Of a DNA stretch of 64,000 bases, positions 59,228-64,000 are shown one piece after another (the stretch's first letter is position 1; the number at the start of each line of letters is the position of its first letter). This stretch comes from Gemmatimonadales bacterium (GTDB taxonomy: Bacteria > Gemmatimonadota > Gemmatimonadetes > Gemmatimonadales > GWC2-71-9), in NCBI GenBank assembly GCA_046757925.1, contig JBHHZE010000004.1:3263-67262 (forward strand). Reading direction: 5' to 3'. Position numbers and translations under genes: made by a program. The notes below the pieces were generated by a model. The model did no database searches and was not told the origin of the DNA. It saw only the letters and a list, made by a program, of their open reading frames with translations.

Positions 59228-60820
59228 ATGACGGAGCAAGAGCTGCATCTAGACGACCTCACGACGCTGTCCCGTGCACTCAGGCAGCGTTGGGCAATCT
59301 GGGCACTGGCGGTGGTGATCATAGCGCTGGGAGCGGCCTTAGGTTGGGTGCACGCCTCCGCCGCCACAGTTGCACTGGTACTGCTGGCCGCCGCTGTCGG
59401 CAATGGTCTCACAGGGGTACTCGGGCGCGCCAGGTGGAACTCAGGAGGGCTTGTATGGTTTGCGGCAGTCTACGACCTGGTGTCGGCGTCCCTATTGGTC
59501 CTGTTCTACGGACCGGGTGTCATGTCCGCAGCATTGTTGATTGCAGTGGTTCCCTACTCCCTCAGCGCCAGATTCAAGACGGGGTATCCACTTGCTGCCA
59601 CGGCGGCGATCGTCCACCTGGTAGTGGCAAGTCTCGCGCTCACTGGGCAGTCATGGAGGTTCTCGGCTGGAACATCAGCGCGCTCCTATCTCGAGACCGC
59701 GGTCCTCTTTCTCGTGGGAGCGGCTATCATGCGCACGTTCGCACACCTCAGGCTTCGCATGGTTGATTTGCGTTCCGTAGTGCAATCCCCCGACATGGAC
59801 ACAGCATTATCCCGCCTTGCCACAGCGCCGGAAGACGAACTTACTGTGCTGAGATATCCGATTCACAACCTACTCGACGGATTGGTGCGATCCCGCAGAC
59901 GCGACGCGGAGACAAGCGACGGTATCGCTACCTTGACGCGGGCCCTGGCCGATACGGCGCTGGAGCTCACAGAGTCGACCGAAATGGTGGAAGCTTCCGT
60001 CCGCACTCTAGTCGGGGCGCTGGAGAACCACGTCAATACCTTGGCGCCACCCGACAGAAGGGATTTGAGTGTCTCCGTCAATGGCTCAGCAGTGGATGCT
60101 CGCGCAGGGACACTAGAGTCAGACACGAAACGTTTGGCACAAATGGCCGCCGACGGTCGCGATCTAGTGTCATGTTCCTCCAAAACCGCCAGCGCGCTCG
60201 AGTCAGACATCGCGACGTCGGCGGTTGCCATCCGGAACCTGGTACAGTTCTCCAAGCAAACCGAGGCTCTTGCTCAAGGGTTGGGTCGCATCGCCCGTCA
60301 GACCCATGTGCTTGCGCTGAATGCTGCCATAGAGTCCGCCAGAGCAGGTGCGAGCGGCGACGGGTTTGCAGTGGTTGCGCGACAGGTTCGCAGTCTGGCA
60401 AGCGAGGCAAGTCAATCGGCCAGGGACATGGGCGACCTGGTGGCCGAAGTACGGGAGCACTTAGACTCAGTAGCAGGCATCCTTGCGACCAACAGCGAGC
60501 GGGCAAGTGCTATCGTTCGCGCTACTACCGAAGCACGCTCCAACATGGGGGATCTGCACCAGGGCCTGCTTCAGGCATCTAACGAAGCCGCTGTAACTGC
60601 TGCCGCTATCTCTACCTTGGCTGCTCAAAACAGAGATCTGACAAGCACTCTATCGGAAACTGCCACATCCAACCTTGCCTGTGTAGAAGCCGCTCATGTG
60701 GCGTTGCGCGGGCTGTCATCCCAGCTCGATGCCACCACGGTGTTGGGCCGGCGAATCACACAGCTTGCCGAACTGGGCCGCCAGCTTGTCACCAATGCTC
60801 ATTCTCAAAACAACGACTGA
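59228..60820 (+). CDS. Methyl-accepting chemotaxis protein with multi-TM sensor region
   Basis: Signalling hairpin IARQTHVLALNAAIESARAG...GFAVVARQVRSLA; about six N-terminal TM segments. Confidence 0.88.
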   Translation: MTEQELHLDDLTTLSRALRQRWAIWALAVVIIALGAALGWVHASAATVALVLLAAAVGNGLTGVLGRARWNSGGLVWFAAVYDLVSASLLVLFYGPGVMSAALLIAVVPYSLSARFKTGYPLAATAAIVHLVVASLALTGQSWRFSAGTSARSYLETAVLFLVGAAIMRTFAHLRLRMVDLRSVVQSPDMDTALSRLATAPEDELTVLRYPIHNLLDGLVRSRRRDAETSDGIATLTRALADTALELTESTEMVEASVRTLVGALENHVNTLAPPDRRDLSVSVNGSAVDARAGTLESDTKRLAQMAADGRDLVSCSSKTASALESDIATSAVAIRNLVQFSKQTEALAQGLGRIARQTHVLALNAAIESARAGASGDGFAVVARQVRSLASEASQSARDMGDLVAEVREHLDSVAGILATNSERASAIVRATTEARSNMGDLHQGLLQASNEAAVTAAAISTLAAQNRDLTSTLSETATSNLACVEAAHVALRGLSSQLDATTVLGRRITQLAELGRQLVTNAHSQNND

Positions 60821-60849
60821 CCGTCCCTTCCATCGTACCACACCCTCCT

Positions 60850-61752
60850 TCAGTGCCCGAGGTAGCCCACCCCATTTTCGAGCGGATGAAAGGTGCGAAA
60901 CGTGTTGCGGAAGGGAACGATCAGCCGCTCAACAAAATCTCTGAGCGTAGCTTCGAACGAAGACCTGCGTTTGAACTCACTTGCCGTTGTGCCAATCAAG
61001 GTTCGCAAGTGCCGGCAGAAGCTTTGAGGGGACGAGAACTCCAACCTATATGCGACGTCGGCAATGGAGATACCGGGCATTTCGAATAGCGCCGCGGCGT
61101 ATGCGAGCCGGGTGGCGGCCAGGTATTGGCGCGGCGACGGGAGATCGGCCCTGACGAATCGGGACATAAACGTGCTGGGTGCAATCTCCAGATAGTCGGT
61201 GAGGGCCTTGACGGTTCTGATGCCTGGTGCAACACGAACCATCACCTCGAACACTTTGCGGCAATCGTGTGTGGGCTGACCTAGGGCCGGCAAGACAGCA
61301 CCGGAGATTCGAGCGGCCGTCGCCGATGTGGGTTGTTCCAGCAGTTCGCGGAGGTGTTCCCAACCGGTCCGTTGACTCAGGTCCACCATCCGCCGCACTC
61401 CGTACGCACCGAATTCGAGCAATCGCTCGCTGCACACCGGATCGTGGCGCGAAACCAGGGCGACCGTAGATACCTCAGGGAATCGATCGACGAGAGTAGC
61501 TATAGCTGATAGCTCGTTGACGGCCACGCACTCGGGAGAGACAAAAACTGCCTGGACGGGGCGTTCCCTCACGGTACGTAGGACCTCGCGCACTGAATCC
61601 GCGTGGAACGCCGAAAACCGGCCCTGCGCAACAGCGTCGATGCTGGCTCGTACGCCCGGCTCGATGATCGTGGCTACCGCAGCCGCCTTGCTCCCCGTCA
61701 ATGTGGGATGCCCCCGAAAACGTAGTCGGCCAACACCATACGCCTGATACAT
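60850..61752 (-). CDS. AraC-family HTH regulator with receiver-like N-terminal domain
   Basis: C-terminal SIADVAYRLEFSSPQSFCRHLRTLIGTTASEF. Confidence 0.88.
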   Translation of the reverse strand: MYQAYGVGRLRFRGHPTLTGSKAAAVATIIEPGVRASIDAVAQGRFSAFHADSVREVLRTVRERPVQAVFVSPECVAVNELSAIATLVDRFPEVSTVALVSRHDPVCSERLLEFGAYGVRRMVDLSQRTGWEHLRELLEQPTSATAARISGAVLPALGQPTHDCRKVFEVMVRVAPGIRTVKALTDYLEIAPSTFMSRFVRADLPSPRQYLAATRLAYAAALFEMPGISIADVAYRLEFSSPQSFCRHLRTLIGTTASEFKRRSSFEATLRDFVERLIVPFRNTFRTFHPLENGVGYLGH

Positions 61753-61832
61753 CAACCGGATATCAACGGTTTATCCCAACTCTCAACGCCTGGCGTCTTC
61801 AACCCTGGATAGCCCGGGTGTATCTTGTGGGC

Positions 61833-62203
61833 GGTGGTGGAGCGTGACGGTCGCGGCTCACTTTGCAGTGGGTCGAGGAAAGTCCGAGCTCCACAGGGCA
61901 GACTGCCAGGTAACACCTGGGCGCCGTAAGGCGACGGACAGGGCCACAGAAAACAGACCGCCCGCCTTGTTTCTAGGCGGGTAAGGGTGAAAAGGTGGGG
62001 TAAGAGCCCACCGCACGGTTGGCAACAACCGTGGCACGGCAACCCCCAGTCGGAGCAAGGCCAAATAGGCGGCAAGGCTCGGCCCGGGCCGTCTTGAGCC
62101 GTGGGTAGGCCGCTCGAGGTAGCGGGTGACCGCTATCCCAGATAGATGACCGTCCGTGTGCCCTAGGGCACTGGTACTGGACTCGGCTTATGGCTCCACC
62201 ACC
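61833..62203 (+). ncRNA. rnpB: RNase P RNA, bacterial type A
   Basis: GAGGAAAGTCCGAGCTCC, GCCACAGAAAACAGACCGCC, GGGTGAAAAGGTGGGGTAAGAGCCCACC, GGAGCAAGGCCAAATAGG and CTCGGCTTA; terminal stem GGTGGTGGAGC/GCTCCACCACC; -10 TATCTT 6 nt upstream. Confidence 0.97.
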
Positions 62204-62269
62204 ACTGGCCCCAGCCACAGGTTGGAGACCGATGAACAGTCATTGGCGTTGTGAAAACAGGTCTCGACG

Positions 62270-62503
62270 ATGAAGGGTCTGGGCGAGAGTGCCCGGCCGT
62301 ATCCCGCTGATTGGGAACAAGTAGCAGAGCTGAGAGTTTTTCGCACCAGTCCCGAAACCTGGGAAAAACTGATCTCGTGGCGGAACGACATGCGACAAAA
62401 GGGATGGCGATTGCTACAAGTATCCGACCAACAGGGTGACATGGTGGCGGTGTTCGGCCGCACAAAAAGGGAATTGCTCGCGAAACAGGGATTGTCACTG
62501 TGA
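62270..62503 (+). CDS. Small hypothetical protein (77 aa)
   Basis: Protein-like MRQKGWRLLQVS...VAVFGR; its stop overlaps the next start (GTGA). Confidence 0.7.
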   Translation: MKGLGESARPYPADWEQVAELRVFRTSPETWEKLISWRNDMRQKGWRLLQVSDQQGDMVAVFGRTKRELLAKQGLSL

Positions 62504-63330
62504 GATCGCACGGATCAGCTGCAACCACGTGCGTCGTGGCCATTCTTCTCGGTTGCGGCGGAGCGTCGCACACTGCGCCGCACCCTGTCGAATTGGCGAG
62601 ATACCTCCCGTATCACGCCGGCTATCGGGGCGTGTCGGTGGGAGAGATAGAACAGCAGTTCAACGGTCAGGTGGTGAGGAACGAGTTCGGCACAGAATTC
62701 TTTGTCACCGCCGAAGTCGTCGAGTCACCTTCCGAGTTGCGTGCAACGCTCGTTCTGGATTCCATTGCGCGAGTTCGCGGGGCGGGATCCGTCAATTCAA
62801 GCGGGGAGGCGAACTCCGCCCTCGGCACTACCTTTACGGGAAGGCTCGCTAGCACCGGTGAGATCCTTGATTTCCAGGGAGACTTGCCCAATGGCGCATT
62901 GGCAAGAGAATTGGTCGATCGCCTCTTCAGGCAGTTTTTCCCCCGCATCCCCGCTCACGGCGCCCGCGCGGGCGAGCACTGGGTCGATACCCTAGAGACG
63001 ACCGCCGTTGTAGGAGGGGTGAACAACAAGGTACGCACTGTCAATAGCCACTCGGCTGCCGGTTGGCTCACACATGCCGGTCGACGTGCGCTGCAGATCG
63101 TCACCGTGTCTCGATACGCATTCTCTGGATCAGGTGTTCAGGCCGGTCAAGAATTCACGTTGGAGGGCCAAGGGCACCGCCTTGCCCAGCATTACATTGG
63201 GGCAGACGGAAGCTATTTAGGGTACACTGCAACCGATACCTCTCACGCCGAGGCCAAGTTGACGAAGTTGGGCCTGACTATTCCCGTCCTTCAAACGCGA
63301 TTCGACACACTCGCGCTCACAGCGCATTGA
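62500..63330 (+). CDS. Hypothetical beta-rich lipoprotein
   Basis: Lipobox ILLGC; FFPRIP...GEHWVDT pattern. Confidence 0.8.
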   Translation: MRSHGSAATTCVVAILLGCGGASHTAPHPVELARYLPYHAGYRGVSVGEIEQQFNGQVVRNEFGTEFFVTAEVVESPSELRATLVLDSIARVRGAGSVNSSGEANSALGTTFTGRLASTGEILDFQGDLPNGALARELVDRLFRQFFPRIPAHGARAGEHWVDTLETTAVVGGVNNKVRTVNSHSAAGWLTHAGRRALQIVTVSRYAFSGSGVQAGQEFTLEGQGHRLAQHYIGADGSYLGYTATDTSHAEAKLTKLGLTIPVLQTRFDTLALTAH

Positions 63331-64000
63331 GCAAGCTCACACTTCTCTCCGCCGTGACGGTTCTGCTGATGCCGACACAGGCGGCCGCGCAAGTCATTCG
63401 TCCGCGATCTGTGGACTACCTGTTCGTCAGCCAGGCCACTGACTCCCGTGCACTGTGGGTCAACCCCGCCGGTCTAGCGGCGACAGCGGAGGCATCCGTC
63501 TATGGCGAACTCATGTTCGAACGACCGGAGTCTGACATCCGAGTCGCTCAGTGGGGCTTTGGGCTCAACTCGCGTGGATTCTCTTTCGGTTATTTGCGCG
63601 ACCGGTTGGTAGGTGGTATCACGAACTCAGCATACCGTTTCAGTCTGGCCCGGGCGTTCACGGGGGGATCCGCCGGACTGTCTCTCACCTTCTACAAGGG
63701 TGGCTCAACCAAGCGTGGCCTGGATCTTGGCGTTCGTTACACCGTGCTGCCCTCAGTAACTTTTGCGGCGGTCCTCAGAAACATCGGCCAACCGCGGGTA
63801 CGTACAGAACAGACACCGTTCACCGGAGTGGCCGGCCTAGACTGGTCGGGGCTCACCAAGAATAGCGTATTGATGGGGGAACTCCAGGCTGCCAATAGAA
63901 TCGGCGACTCCGGTTACGACGTGTCCTACCGCACCGGCCTAAGAATCGGTGTGGGTCGGTCGGTTCCAATCACTGCCCTTGTGAGTCTAAACCTTGAGAG
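63327..64000 (+). CDS. 3'-partial secreted outer-membrane beta-barrel-like protein (FadL/PorV-like)
   Basis: Not in the ORF track. TTG at 63327 overlaps the upstream TGA and the frame stays open to the window end: signal peptide, then ALWVNPAGLA, GLDLGVRY and VLRNIG. Confidence 0.75.
   Translation, partial: MSKLTLLSAVTVLLMPTQAAAQVIRPRSVDYLFVSQATDSRALWVNPAGLAATAEASVYGELMFERPESDIRVAQWGFGLNSRGFSFGYLRDRLVGGITNSAYRFSLARAFTGGSAGLSLTFYKGGSTKRGLDLGVRYTVLPSVTFAAVLRNIGQPRVRTEQTPFTGVAGLDWSGLTKNSVLMGELQAANRIGDSGYDVSYRTGLRIGVGRSVPITALVSLNLE

Noticed and set aside
61752-62573. Minus-strand ORFs over rnpB
   Set aside because: The region is explained by RNase P RNA and the plus-strand small ORF.

Overview
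This is a gene-dense, GC-rich (roughly 60% by eye) bacterial chromosome segment with about 60 CDS. Gene content suggests Gemmatimonadota, which is an inference only. Most of it is core genome: lon, a fused 2-oxoacid dehydrogenase E1, rsgA, fadIJ, glpD, queG, mnmG-parS-parAB-M23-bactofilin, a complete sufR-sufBCDSU-Rieske operon, TPP riboswitch-thiC, rnd, polA, pyrE, two Ser/Thr kinases, an orphan chemoreceptor and RNase P RNA. I found no transposase, integrase, prophage, CRISPR array, rRNA or tRNA, and no clear-cut new multi-gene system. The most interesting unexplained signals are non-coding. (1) A ~92-nt three-way-junction RNA candidate with a competing alternative hairpin lies in the leader of an ABC exporter, next to a SoxR-box-like palindrome and an orphan ZAS anti-sigma gene. 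(2) An 18-bp palindromic motif is shared by the trmB-like gene and pyrE, 57 kb apart. (3) Two genes may start at ATA codons. (4) At least five genes look leaderless. All calls come from reading the sequence and motifs; no database searches or folding programs were run.
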